64,000 nucleotides of DNA from an uncultured Actinomycetes bacterium. GTDB taxonomy: Bacteria; Actinomycetota; Thermoleophilia; Gaiellales; JAICJC01. The stretch is from the NCBI GenBank assembly GCA_963757605.1, contig CAVWSF010000005.1, positions 1,587,667-1,651,666 on the forward strand, read 5' to 3'. The position numbers were made by a program, and so were the translations under genes. Shown here one piece after another: positions 25,471 to 35,187 of this stretch (position 1 is the first letter of the stretch; every line of letters begins with the position of its first letter). The notes beneath the pieces were generated by a model that was not told the origin of the DNA, ran no database searches, and worked only from the letters and a program-made list of their open reading frames with translations.

Positions 25471-27723
25471 TCAGGCGGCCGAGGCCGGGCCCGCCTGGGC
25501 GTCGCGGGCGTCGTCGAACACTCCCGCGCCCTCGACGTTCAGGTCCGGCAGGACCCGCGCCAGCCAGGCCGGGAGCCACCAGCTCGCGCGGCCGAGCAGC
25601 TCCATGACAGACGGCACGAGCACGCACCGGACGACGGTCGCGTCGAGCGCGATGGCCACGGCGAGTCCGATGCCGAACTGCTTCACCACCGGATCGCCGT
25701 TCAGCACGAAGCTCGAGAACACGAACACCATGACGAGCGCGGCCGAGGTGATCACGCGGCCGGTGGTCGCCAGGCCCTCGACGACCGCCTCGCGGGCGTC
25801 GCCGGAGGCGTGGTAGTGCTCCTGGATCTGGCTCACCAGGAACACCTCGTAGTCCATGGAGAGCCCGAACAGGATCGCGAACATGAAGAGCGGCGCGAAG
25901 CTGACGATGGGGATGGCGTGCGGCAGGCCCACGACGCCGATCGCGTGACCCTCCTGGAAGATGAACGTCACGATCCCGTAGGCCGCGCCGACCGACAGCA
26001 GGTTCATCGCCGCCGCCTTGACCGGGATCAGGAGCGACCGGAACGCCAGCATCAGCACGATGAAGGTCAGCCCGACGACCAGGGCGATCATCTCCGGGAG
26101 CTTGGCGCTGATCTTCTCGGCCAGGTCGATGTACCCGGCGGTCTGCCCGCCGACGAACGCGGCCGCGTCTGTGCCCGCCACCGCCTTCGGGATGACGGTG
26201 TCGCGCAGGTCGTTCACGAGATCCTCGGTCTGGTTGGCCGACGGGGCGGTCGTGGCGATCGCGGTGAACACGGCCGCCGTGCCGCTCGGTGCGATCGTCG
26301 GCGGGGTGACGCTCTTCACGCCCGGCGTCGTGCTAACCGCCTGAGTCAGCGCCGTCAGGCGCGGGTCGGTGGACGGGTCGCCGCCCGGCTGGGCGGGCTG
26401 CGCCGGGGTCCCCAGCTGCACGGCGATCAGTAGCGGCCCGTTCGCGCCGGCGCCGAAGCCCTGGGTGAGCGCGTCGTACGACTGCCGGACGGTGGTCGAC
26501 TCGGGCATGACGCTCTGATCCGACTGCCCCAGCCGCAGGTGCACGAGCGGAAACGCCAGCACGAGCAGGAGGACGGTGCTGGCAACCAGGTACGGCCAGG
26601 GCTGCCGCCCCACCGCCCGCGCCATCCGCGCCCAGCCGTGCGGCTGCTGGTCGTCAGGATGGGTGCGCCCGATGTGCACGCGCAGCGTGTTGATGCGCCC
26701 GCCCAGCGCGCCGAGCACGGCCGGCAGGAGCGTGGCCGCCGCGAGGGCCGAGACCGCTACCGCGATCGCGGCCGTGAACCCGAGCGTGGACACCAGCGGG
26801 ATCCCCGCAACGACGAGCGAGCACAGCGCGATGACGACCGTCGTCCCGGCGAACACCACGGCGCCGCCCGCGGTCGCCGCCGCCCGCGCGGCGGACTCGT
26901 GCGCGTCGATCCCGTCGGCGAGCTGCAACTTGTGCTTTGTGACGATGAAGAGCGCGTAGTCGATGCCCACGCCCAGCCCGATCATGGTGGCGAGCGTCGG
27001 TGCGACCGTCGGAACCGATGTGATGTGACCGATGGCGGTGATGACCGCGAGCGTGATCAGGAGGCCGAGGATCGCGGTCACGATCGGGATCGCCATCGCG
27101 GTCACGCTTCCGAGCGCGAGCACGAGGATGACGATCGCGGCCCCAATGCCGACCGCCTCGCTGCTCTCCGTCGACGGGCGCGAGAGCTTCTGGCCCACGT
27201 AGCCGCCTACGGCCGGGTGCAGGCCGGCGTCTGCCGCCGGCTGCGCGGCGTCGAGGATCTTCTGCGCCTCGTCCGTGGTCGTCTCGCCCGAGCCGATGTT
27301 CAGCGTCACCGAGATGTAGGCGATCTTGCGGTTCTGGCTGACGAGCCCGGCGGCCGCCGGGTCGAGCGGGCTCACGACCCCCGACACATGGGGCACCGCC
27401 TTCAGGTTGGAGACCGTCGCGTCGATCGCCTTGGTGCTGCCGGGATCGCCGATCGACCCGTTCGGATCGCGCAGCGTGACCGGGATGCTGCCGTAGGCCT
27501 TCTGCGGAAGCTTGTCCTGGAGCAGGTCCGTGGCCCTCGTCGACCCGGTGCCAGGGAGGCTCAGGTTGTCGTTGAACTGCTGCCCCAGCGACGCAGCCCA
27601 CAGATGCAGAACCAGGGCGGCGATCACCCACGCTGCGATCACGAACCACCGGAGCCGGACACACGCCCGTCCGACGGCGTACAGCGCCCGGGTCACCGCG
27701 CGGCTCCCACGGGCTGCGATCAT
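25471..27723 (-). CDS. MMPL-family (RND superfamily) membrane transporter
   Basis: 750 aa with two 6-TM bundles, each preceded by a soluble loop. 'GVGIDYALFIVTKH' and 'GLSMDYEVFLVSQIQEH' are MMPL hallmarks. Start moved to ATG 27723. Confidence 0.85.
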   Translation of the reverse strand: MIAARGSRAVTRALYAVGRACVRLRWFVIAAWVIAALVLHLWAASLGQQFNDNLSLPGTGSTRATDLLQDKLPQKAYGSIPVTLRDPNGSIGDPGSTKAIDATVSNLKAVPHVSGVVSPLDPAAAGLVSQNRKIAYISVTLNIGSGETTTDEAQKILDAAQPAADAGLHPAVGGYVGQKLSRPSTESSEAVGIGAAIVILVLALGSVTAMAIPIVTAILGLLITLAVITAIGHITSVPTVAPTLATMIGLGVGIDYALFIVTKHKLQLADGIDAHESAARAAATAGGAVVFAGTTVVIALCSLVVAGIPLVSTLGFTAAIAVAVSALAAATLLPAVLGALGGRINTLRVHIGRTHPDDQQPHGWARMARAVGRQPWPYLVASTVLLLVLAFPLVHLRLGQSDQSVMPESTTVRQSYDALTQGFGAGANGPLLIAVQLGTPAQPAQPGGDPSTDPRLTALTQAVSTTPGVKSVTPPTIAPSGTAAVFTAIATTAPSANQTEDLVNDLRDTVIPKAVAGTDAAAFVGGQTAGYIDLAEKISAKLPEMIALVVGLTFIVLMLAFRSLLIPVKAAAMNLLSVGAAYGIVTFIFQEGHAIGVVGLPHAIPIVSFAPLFMFAILFGLSMDYEVFLVSQIQEHYHASGDAREAVVEGLATTGRVITSAALVMVFVFSSFVLNGDPVVKQFGIGLAVAIALDATVVRCVLVPSVMELLGRASWWLPAWLARVLPDLNVEGAGVFDDARDAQAGPASAA

Positions 27724-27800
27724 ATACCCTCGGGCCTCGCAGGCCGTGGCCACGACCCGACGGCGGGCCGCGGGCCGGGATCGGGGTAGGCTCAGCGGGC

Positions 27801-29123
27801 GTGACCGAGCTCGCCATAGGTGGGCAGCACTACCTGGCCGAGGCGCGGCAGATGCAGGCGATGTCCTTCGCCGTGCACATCCCGCTGGTCTGCTTCGGCA
27901 TCGCATTCCCGGCGATGGTGCTCACCGCCGAGTGGTTGTACCTCCGCACCGGCGATCCGCTCTACCGGACGCTGGCACGCCGCTGGACGCGCGTCATGGT
28001 GACGCTGTTCGCCGCCGGAGTGGTGACCGGGACCGTGCTGTCGTTCGAGATGGGACTGCTCTGGCCGGAATTCACGAGCGTCTTCGGCAGCGTGTTCGGC
28101 CTCGGCTTCGCCGTCGAGGGCTTCTCGTTCTTCCTGGAGGCCATCTTCATCGGCATCTACGCCTACGGATGGGACGCGCTGCCCCCACGGCTGCATCTGG
28201 CGAGCGGACTGCCGGTGGTGGCTGCCGGCCTCCTCGGGTCGCTCATGGTGATCTCCGTGAACGGCTGGATGAACCATCCGGAAGGCTTCCGGCTCGCGGG
28301 CGGCCGAGCCGTGGACGTGCACCCGTTCGACGCGCTCTTCGCCAACCCGAACTTCTGGCACGAGCTGGTGCACATGTACGTGGCGGGGTACATGGTGACC
28401 GGGTTCGTGGTCGCCGGCTGCTACTCGGCCGCCCGCCTGCGGGGCCGGTACGGCCGCTACGAGCGCACGGCGCTCGCCATCCCGCTCACGATCGCCGCGC
28501 TGGCGACCCTCGTGCAGGCGCCCGTCGGCGACTGGGCGGGACGGACCGTCGCCCGCAACCAGCCGGTCAAGCTGGCGGCGTTCGAGGGCCTCGGCCCCAC
28601 CACGCGGGGCGCGCCGGTCCACATCCTCGGCCTCTACGAGGACGGTGAAGTCAAGTACGGCATCCGGCTCCCCGACATGCTCTCGCTGCTCGCCTACCAC
28701 GACCCGGACGCGCGGGTTACGGGGCTCGAGACGGTCCCGGCCGCGGACCGGCCGCCCGTGAACGTGGTGCGGTTCGCGTTCCAGACGATGGTGGGAATCG
28801 GAACGCTCCTCTTCGGGCTCGCGGCCGTGCTCCTCGCCGTGCGCATCCGTCGTGGGCGCCTGCCGGAGTCGGTGTGGGCCCATCGGGCGGTGGTGCTCGC
28901 CGGGCCCCTATCGGTCGTCGCGCTCATCGCCGGATGGGTCACCACCGAGGTGGGCCGCCAGCCGTGGGTCGTCTACAGGGTCATGCGGACGTCCGAGGCT
29001 GTGACCGGCGCGCACGGCATCCCGGTGGGCTACGCCACCCTCGCCGGCGTCTACGTCGCGCTGGCCTGCGCGGTCGCGTTCGTCCTCGTGCGTCTGGCCA
29101 GGGCGCCCCTGGAGTCGTCGTGA
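27801..29123 (+). CDS. cydA: cytochrome bd ubiquinol oxidase subunit I
   Basis: 'ARQMQAMSFAVHIPLVCFGIAFP', 'GVVTGTVLSFEMGLLWPEF', 'FEG' and 'TTEVGRQPWVVY' are present. 440 aa; GTG start. Confidence 0.9.
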   Translation: MTELAIGGQHYLAEARQMQAMSFAVHIPLVCFGIAFPAMVLTAEWLYLRTGDPLYRTLARRWTRVMVTLFAAGVVTGTVLSFEMGLLWPEFTSVFGSVFGLGFAVEGFSFFLEAIFIGIYAYGWDALPPRLHLASGLPVVAAGLLGSLMVISVNGWMNHPEGFRLAGGRAVDVHPFDALFANPNFWHELVHMYVAGYMVTGFVVAGCYSAARLRGRYGRYERTALAIPLTIAALATLVQAPVGDWAGRTVARNQPVKLAAFEGLGPTTRGAPVHILGLYEDGEVKYGIRLPDMLSLLAYHDPDARVTGLETVPAADRPPVNVVRFAFQTMVGIGTLLFGLAAVLLAVRIRRGRLPESVWAHRAVVLAGPLSVVALIAGWVTTEVGRQPWVVYRVMRTSEAVTGAHGIPVGYATLAGVYVALACAVAFVLVRLARAPLESS

Positions 29124-30337
29124 CCGTGCTCGAGGCGCTGCCCGCGGTCTTCGTCCTGGCCGGGCTCGTGTTCTACGCCGTGCTGGGCGGGGCCGACTTC
29201 GGCGCCGGGCTGTGGCAGCTCACCGCCGGCCGGGGACCGGCCGCCGAGCGGATCCGCGACCATGCCCACCACTCCATGGGCCCAGTGTGGGAGGCCAACC
29301 ACGTCTGGCTCATCTTCGCCCTCACGGTGCTCTGGACCGGCTACCCGCGGATGTTCGGGTCGATCGCCTCGACGCTCACGATCCCGTTCTTCGTCGCGGC
29401 CGTGGGGATCGTGCTCCGGGGCGGGGCCTACGCCCTCCGTTCCGGCACGCGCAGCCCGCGGGAGCGGCGCGCCCAGGAGACCGTGCTCGCCGTCTCGTCG
29501 ATCCTGACCCCGGCTGCGATGGGGCTCATCGTCGGAGCGATCGCCGGCGGTCGCGTGCCGGTCGGCAATGCGGCGGGCGACCTGGTCACGAGCTGGCTCG
29601 ATCCGCTTCCCATCCTGGTCGCCCTGATCTCGGTCGCCTTCGCGGGGTATCTCGCGGCGGTCTTCCTGAGCGGCGACGCCGCCCGGCGCGGCGACGCCGG
29701 CCTGGAGGCGCGGTTCCGGGTGCGGGCGCTCGGCTCCGGCGCCGCCGCCGGAGCCGCCGCCGCCGCCGGGCTCGTCGCCCTGCGAAATGACGCGCCTCAT
29801 CTCTACGACGAGCTCGTCCGAGGGCGGGCGCTGCCCGCCCTCGCGGTCTCGGCGGTCGCCGGCATCGCCACGCTCGTCCTCGTCCACCGGCGCCGGTACG
29901 AGCCGGCCCGCTACTCGGCCGCGGCCGCCGTGGCGGCGGTCGTGGCGGGCTGGGGCCTGGCGCAGGAGCCGCTGCTCCTCCCCGGCCTCACGATCGAGCA
30001 GGCGGCGGCACCGCGGGACACGCTGATCGCGCTCTCGATCGCCGTCGTCGCGGGCGGGGTCGTCGTCTTCCCGGCGCTCGCGCTCCTCTTCCGGCTCGCC
30101 CTCGGCGGCGCCCTGCGGCCCGGCGGGCCCTCCGCACGGGAGCCGCTCGACGGCGGTACCGCCGCGGCCGCCGGCATCGTCGGCCGATCCGCCGTCGCCT
30201 GCCTTCTGGGTGGGGCGGGCATCCTCGTGCTCGGCGACGCCGGCTGGACGCACGCCGTCGGAGCGGGCGCGCTCCTGGCGTTCGTCGTCCTGGGGGCGCG
30301 TGTGCTGATCCCCGTCGAGCCGCCGCGCGACGCCTGA
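29120..30337 (+). CDS. cydB: cytochrome bd ubiquinol oxidase subunit II
   Basis: The start overlaps the cydA stop (GTGA at 29120-29123). 'VLGGADFGAGLW', 'MGPVWEANHVWLI' and eight or more TM helices are present. Confidence 0.85.
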   Translation: MTVLEALPAVFVLAGLVFYAVLGGADFGAGLWQLTAGRGPAAERIRDHAHHSMGPVWEANHVWLIFALTVLWTGYPRMFGSIASTLTIPFFVAAVGIVLRGGAYALRSGTRSPRERRAQETVLAVSSILTPAAMGLIVGAIAGGRVPVGNAAGDLVTSWLDPLPILVALISVAFAGYLAAVFLSGDAARRGDAGLEARFRVRALGSGAAAGAAAAAGLVALRNDAPHLYDELVRGRALPALAVSAVAGIATLVLVHRRRYEPARYSAAAAVAAVVAGWGLAQEPLLLPGLTIEQAAAPRDTLIALSIAVVAGGVVVFPALALLFRLALGGALRPGGPSAREPLDGGTAAAAGIVGRSAVACLLGGAGILVLGDAGWTHAVGAGALLAFVVLGARVLIPVEPPRDA

Positions 30338-30448
30338 CCTTCTCCTCCGCGTCGTCGCCGCTCCCGGCTCGCGATCGGGTTCGCTCCGCCGCCCGCTCCG
30401 GGATAGACTCGCGGTCGAGCCACGCCCGCGACAGGATGGAGTGAGCGA

Positions 30449-30769
30449 ATGCCGGCGATGGACGATCGCCCGCACGACGGGTCGCTGGCCAGGATCGACC
30501 AGGACGACCGCCAGCTCAGCGTCAACCCGGGCGCGCCGCCGACATCCGGCTCGTGCGAGTCCGATCACTGCATCACATGCGCGGACGAGGGCGTGCCGAT
30601 GACGGTGCTGGCGCTCGACGCCCGAAGCGGGCTCGCGGAGTGCGTGGACGCCGCCGGCGGCCGGGTCGATGTCGAGACTGCGATCGTCGCCGGGCTCGAG
30701 CCGGGCGACCGCGTGCTCGTCCACGCCGGCGTGGCCATCGCACCGCTCGGCGCGGAGGACGCCGCGTGA
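30449..30769 (+). CDS. hypC: HypC/HupF-family hydrogenase maturation chaperone, non-canonical N-terminus
   Basis: The C-terminal 65 aa resemble the HypC OB-fold ('VLALDARSGLAECVDAAGGRVDVETAIVAGLEPGDRVLVHAGVAIA'). There is no Met-Cys start. Instead a roughly 40-aa extension precedes 'HCITCADEG'. The gene is coupled to hypD (GTGA). Confidence 0.7.
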   Translation: MPAMDDRPHDGSLARIDQDDRQLSVNPGAPPTSGSCESDHCITCADEGVPMTVLALDARSGLAECVDAAGGRVDVETAIVAGLEPGDRVLVHAGVAIAPLGAEDAA

Positions 30770-31881
30770 AGTTCGTCGACGAGTTCCGGGACGCGGCCCT
30801 CGGCCGCGCGGTCGCCGGCGAGATCCTCTCGCTGGTCGAGCCCGGGCGTCACTACAAGGTGATGGAGGTGTGCGGCGGCCACACGCACTCCATCTACAAG
30901 TACGGCGTCGACGACCTGCTGCCGACGAACGTCGAGCTGGTGCACGGCCCCGGCTGCCCGGTGTGCGTGATCCCGATGGGCCGGGTCGACGACGGGATCG
31001 CGCTCGCCCACATCGAGGGCGTCATCTTCAGCTGCTTCGGCGACATGATGCGCGTGCCCGGCTCGCGGGGGACGCTCCTCGACGCCAAGGCGGCGGGCGC
31101 CGACGTCCGGATGGTGTACTCGCCGCTCGACGCGCTGCGGATCGCGAAGGAGCACCCCGACCGCGAGGTGGTCTTCTATGCGATCGGGTTCGAGACCACC
31201 GCCCCGTCGACCGCGCTGACGCTGAAGCGGGCTCGCGCCGAGGGCGTGACCAACTTCTCGTGCATGTGCAACCACGTGACGATCGTCCCGCCGCTCAGGG
31301 CGCTGCTCGAGTCGCCCGACCTGCGCCTGGACGGGTTCGTCGGCCCCGGCCACGTCTCGACGATCGTGGGGGCCCGGCCGTTCGAGTTCATCCCGGCCGA
31401 CTATGGAAAGCCGGTCGTCATCTCGGGCTTCGAGCCGCTCGACATCCTCCAGTCGGTGGCGATGATCCTGCGCCAGATCGCCGCCGGCAGGTGCGAGGTC
31501 GAGAACCAGTACACCAGGGTCGTCCCGTACGACGGCAATCTGCGGGCGCTCGAGGTCATGGCCGAGGTGTTCGAGCTGCGGCCGCACTTCGAATGGCGCG
31601 GCCTGGGCTTCATCTCGCACAGCGGGCTGCGGCTGTCCGACGCCTACGCCGACCTCGACGCGGAGCGCCGGTTCGGTGTCCCGGGGGTGCGGGTCGCCGA
31701 CCCCAAGGCGTGCCAGTGCGGCGAGGTGCTGAAGGGCGTGATCAAGCCGTGGGAATGCAAGGTGTTCGGGACGGCGTGCACCCCCGAGCGGCCGATCGGG
31801 ACGTGCATGGTCTCCTCGGAGGGAGCCTGCGCGGCCTACTACAACTACGGGCGCTTCGCCCGCGACCGCGAGGTCGTGTGA
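30766..31881 (+). CDS. hypD: hydrogenase maturation protein HypD
   Basis: 'MEVCGGHTH', 'GPGCPVCV', 'AIGFETTAPS', 'FVGPGHVS' and the C-terminal 'CQCGEVL...CTPERPIGTCMVSSEGACAAYY' are present. Confidence 0.95.
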   Translation: MKFVDEFRDAALGRAVAGEILSLVEPGRHYKVMEVCGGHTHSIYKYGVDDLLPTNVELVHGPGCPVCVIPMGRVDDGIALAHIEGVIFSCFGDMMRVPGSRGTLLDAKAAGADVRMVYSPLDALRIAKEHPDREVVFYAIGFETTAPSTALTLKRARAEGVTNFSCMCNHVTIVPPLRALLESPDLRLDGFVGPGHVSTIVGARPFEFIPADYGKPVVISGFEPLDILQSVAMILRQIAAGRCEVENQYTRVVPYDGNLRALEVMAEVFELRPHFEWRGLGFISHSGLRLSDAYADLDAERRFGVPGVRVADPKACQCGEVLKGVIKPWECKVFGTACTPERPIGTCMVSSEGACAAYYNYGRFARDREVV

Positions 31882-32972
31882 TGCCCGACCAGGCCGTCTC
31901 CGACCGTGAGCTCGAGGTCCTCGGCCTGATCGAGAACGTTCGCAGCCGGCGTCCGAAGTTCCGCGACGACCAGATCACGATGGCCCACGGCGCCGGCGGC
32001 AAGGCGAGCCAGACGCTGGTCGAGGGCCTGTTCGTCCCGATCCTCGGCGGGGAAGCGCTCGCTGCGCTGGGCGACGCCGGCGAGGTCGAGGCCGACGGCG
32101 TACCGCTCGCGGTGACGACCGACTCCTACGTGGTGAAGCCGCTGCGCTTCCCGGGCGGGTCGATCGGCGAGCTGGCCGTGAACGGGACGGTGAACGACCT
32201 CGCGGTCTCGGGCGCTCGCGCGCTTGCGCTCACGCTCTCGCTCGTCCTCGAGGAGGGGCTCGCGGCCGACGACCTGCGCGCCGAGATCGAGGCCGTGGCC
32301 GCGGCCGCCGAGGCGGCGGGCGTGCGGATCGTCGCCGGCGACACCAAGGTCGTCGAGCGGGGCCATGCCGACGGAATGTATGTCTGCACCACCGGGCTGG
32401 GACGGCGCGACCCGCGCTCCCGGGTGTCGCCGGCGGCCGTTTGCCCCGGCGACCGTGTGCTCCTGTCGGGGTCGATCGGCGAGCACGGGACGGCGATCAT
32501 GCTCGCGCGGGGCGAGTTCGAGCTCGACGCGGCGATCGAGTCGGACACCCGCTCGCTCTGGCCTGCCGTGGACGCGCTCCTGGAGGCGGCGGGACCGAGC
32601 CTGCGGTGCATGCGCGATGCCACCCGCGGGGGGATCGCCTCCGTCCTGAACGAGATCGCCCGCTCGTCCGCCGTGGCCCTGATCGTCCAGGAGCGGGCGG
32701 TGCCGGTGCTGCCCGCCGTCGCAGGCGCCGCCGAGATCCTGGGGATCGACCCGATGTACGTCGCCAACGAGGGCAAGCTTGTCGCGTTCGTCGCCCCCGA
32801 GGCCGCCGACGCCGCGCTCGCGGCGCTCCGCGAGGTGCCCGGCTGCGAGCAGGCGGCGGAGATCGGCGAGGTGCGCATGACGCCGCAGGGGATGGTGCTC
32901 GTCGAGACGAGCTTCGGCGGCCGCAGGGTGATGGACCAGCTGGTCGGCGACCCGTTGCCGAGGATCTGCTGA
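31881..32972 (+). CDS. hypE: hydrogenase maturation carbamoyl dehydratase HypE
   Basis: 'MAHGAGGK', 'GELAVNGTVNDLAVSGA', 'GDTKV', 'MRDATRGG' and the invariant C-terminal 'PRIC' are present. Confidence 0.95.
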   Translation: MPDQAVSDRELEVLGLIENVRSRRPKFRDDQITMAHGAGGKASQTLVEGLFVPILGGEALAALGDAGEVEADGVPLAVTTDSYVVKPLRFPGGSIGELAVNGTVNDLAVSGARALALTLSLVLEEGLAADDLRAEIEAVAAAAEAAGVRIVAGDTKVVERGHADGMYVCTTGLGRRDPRSRVSPAAVCPGDRVLLSGSIGEHGTAIMLARGEFELDAAIESDTRSLWPAVDALLEAAGPSLRCMRDATRGGIASVLNEIARSSAVALIVQERAVPVLPAVAGAAEILGIDPMYVANEGKLVAFVAPEAADAALAALREVPGCEQAAEIGEVRMTPQGMVLVETSFGGRRVMDQLVGDPLPRIC

Positions 32973-32978
32973 GGGCGC

Positions 32979-33335
32979 GTGCACGAGCTTTCGCTGAGCC
33001 GCGCCGTCGTCGCCACCGTCGAGAAGCACGCGGCCGGCCGGCGTGTCGCGGTCGTCCACCTGCGGATCGGGCGGATGCGCCAGGTCGTGCCCGAGACGCT
33101 CGGCTTCTACTTCGAGTTCGCCGCGCGCGACACGGTCTGCGACGGGGCGCGGCTCGAGATGGAGCTCGTCGAGGTGCAGCTTCGCTGCACGGCGTGCGAT
33201 CATTCCTGGGCCATCGAGGTCCCGTCGTTCCGATGCCCGGCCTGCTCGAGCTCCCGCGCCGAGGTCACGTCCGGCAACGAGCTCGAGGTCGAGTCGATCG
33301 ACGTCGAGGAGGATGCATGCATCGGACAAAGGTGA
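32979..33335 (+). CDS. hypA: hydrogenase nickel-insertion protein HypA
   Basis: The N-terminus is 'MHELS', and two CxxC pairs are present ('RCTACDHSW', 'FRCPACSS'). 118 aa. Confidence 0.9.
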   Translation: MHELSLSRAVVATVEKHAAGRRVAVVHLRIGRMRQVVPETLGFYFEFAARDTVCDGARLEMELVEVQLRCTACDHSWAIEVPSFRCPACSSSRAEVTSGNELEVESIDVEEDACIGQR

Positions 33336-33997
33336 CGATCGTCGAGGAGGCGCTCGACGCCAACAACACGATCGCCCAGGCCAATCGGGCCGACTTCGAC
33401 CGGGCCGGCGTCACGGTCGTCAACTTCATGAGCGCGCCGGGGGCGGGCAAGACGGCGCTGCTCGAGCGGGTCGTCGCCGATCTGACGGGCGTGCGCGCCG
33501 GCGTCCTCGAGGGCGACGTCCAGGGCTCGCTGGACGCCGACCGGCTGGCGGCGAAGCACATCCCCGTGACCCAGCTCAACACGGACTCCGGCTTCGGCGG
33601 CGAGTGCCATCTCGACGCGAACATGGTGCGAAGCGCTCTGCCGCAGCTGCCGCTCGACGACATCGACCTGCTCGTGGTCGAGAACGTCGGGAACCTCGTC
33701 TGCCCGGCGGAGTTCCGGATCGGCGAGGACGTCCGGGTGATGGTGTCGTCGGTGACCGAGGGCGAGGACAAGCCGCTCAAGTACCCGCTCATGTTCCGCA
33801 CGTGCGACCTCGTGCTCGTGAACAAGATCGACCTGCTCCCGCACCTCGAGTACGACCTCGAGAAGTTCCTCCACCACCTGGACCACGTCCACCCCGACGT
33901 GGAGCGGATGCTCGTGAGCGCGCGCACCGGGGAGGGCGTCGACGCGTGGCGTGACTGGCTGGTGCGTGTCGCCGGGCGCGAGCGCGCGCTGGCCTAG
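33317..33997 (+). CDS. hypB: hydrogenase nickel-incorporation GTPase HypB
   Basis: 'SAPGAGKT' (P-loop), 'ECHLDA', 'VENVGNLVCPA' and 'LVNKIDL' are present. ATG 33317 overlaps the hypA end. There is no His-rich N-terminal stretch. Confidence 0.9.
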   Translation: MHRTKVTIVEEALDANNTIAQANRADFDRAGVTVVNFMSAPGAGKTALLERVVADLTGVRAGVLEGDVQGSLDADRLAAKHIPVTQLNTDSGFGGECHLDANMVRSALPQLPLDDIDLLVVENVGNLVCPAEFRIGEDVRVMVSSVTEGEDKPLKYPLMFRTCDLVLVNKIDLLPHLEYDLEKFLHHLDHVHPDVERMLVSARTGEGVDAWRDWLVRVAGRERALA

Positions 33998-34002
33998 GGA
34001 CG

Positions 34003-35187
34003 ATGCCGCGGGCCGAGCCGGTCACCACCGTCGAGGACCTGCTGGCTGTGCGCACCGACGCCAACCGGCGGTTCTTCGACGACATCGCCGCCGACCTGGC
34101 CCGGCTGTGCCATGCGATGGCCGAGCGGTTCGCCCGCGGAGGGCGGCTGATCGCTGTCGGCCGCACGCCGGCCGCCCGCTCGGACGTCCGCCACGTCGCG
34201 GTCGAGTTCGTGCACCCGGTGATCGTCGGCAAGCGAGCGCTGCCGGCGATCGGCCTCGCCGGCGAGGAGGGCGACCTGCCGGGCCGGGTCGACGTGCTCG
34301 CGCGCCCGGACGACATTGCGATCGCGTTCGGCGCCGGGGAGGATGGAGGCGAGGCGGCCCGCGCGCTCGCCGTGGCCCGCGCCCGCGGCTGCCTGACGAT
34401 GGCGTTCTGCCCCGCCGGGGCCGAGTGGGAGCTCGTGCCGCCGGGTGACGACCCGGACATCGGCCAGGAGCTCGCCGAGACGGCCTACCACCTCCTCTGG
34501 GAGCTCGTGCACGTCTTCTTCGACCACCGCGGGCTCCTGGCCGGGCGCGACGCGCGGCCCCGCCACGATGCCGGCGCCTCCGCCTTCCTCTACCCCTTCC
34601 TCGACGAGCGCGAGGACGCCCTCGAGCCGCTCCTCGCCGACGTCCGCCGTTCGGTGCTGGCGAAGGCCGCCGAGATCGGCGCGCTCCGCGACCAGACGCT
34701 GACCGAGAACCGGGCGACGCTCGAGGCGGCGGCTGCCGCGCTGCGGGCGGCCCTCGACGGCGGGGGGACGCTGCTTGCGCTCGGGAACGGCGGCTCCGCC
34801 ACCGATGCGATGGACGCCGTCGCCGACTTCCAGGAGGCGTGGCCGGCGATCGACCTGACCGCCGACTCAGCGATCCTGACCGCGATCGCAAACGACATCG
34901 GCGTCGAGGCGGTCTTCAGCCGCCAGGTGATCGCCTACGGCCGCCCGGGCGACGTGCTGCTCGCCCTCTCGACCTCGGGCGACTCGCGAAACGTCGTCCA
35001 GGCTCTGGCCGAGGCGCGCTCGCGCGGCCTCGCGACCATCGCGATGGTCGGGTACGACGGCGGGCGGATCGCCGCCGACGGCCTGGCCGACCACGTCGTC
35101 GTCACCCGCTCCGAGCACATCCCGCGCATCCAGGAGGCGCAGGCGAGCGCCTACCACGCGCTGCGGCGCCTGGTCGGCTCGCCGTGA
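34003..35187 (+). CDS. tandem SIS-domain protein (GmhA/DiaA-like); N-terminal half degenerate, C-terminal half canonical
   Basis: The C-terminal half has 'LLALGNGGSATDAMD', 'TAIANDIG...FSRQV' and 'LLALSTSGDSRNV'. The N-terminal half aligns by eye ('RLIAVGRTPAARSDVRHVAVEF') but lacks the GNGGS and STSG motifs. It is coupled to hypF (GTGA). Confidence 0.75.
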   Translation: MPRAEPVTTVEDLLAVRTDANRRFFDDIAADLARLCHAMAERFARGGRLIAVGRTPAARSDVRHVAVEFVHPVIVGKRALPAIGLAGEEGDLPGRVDVLARPDDIAIAFGAGEDGGEAARALAVARARGCLTMAFCPAGAEWELVPPGDDPDIGQELAETAYHLLWELVHVFFDHRGLLAGRDARPRHDAGASAFLYPFLDEREDALEPLLADVRRSVLAKAAEIGALRDQTLTENRATLEAAAAALRAALDGGGTLLALGNGGSATDAMDAVADFQEAWPAIDLTADSAILTAIANDIGVEAVFSRQVIAYGRPGDVLLALSTSGDSRNVVQALAEARSRGLATIAMVGYDGGRIAADGLADHVVVTRSEHIPRIQEAQASAYHALRRLVGSP

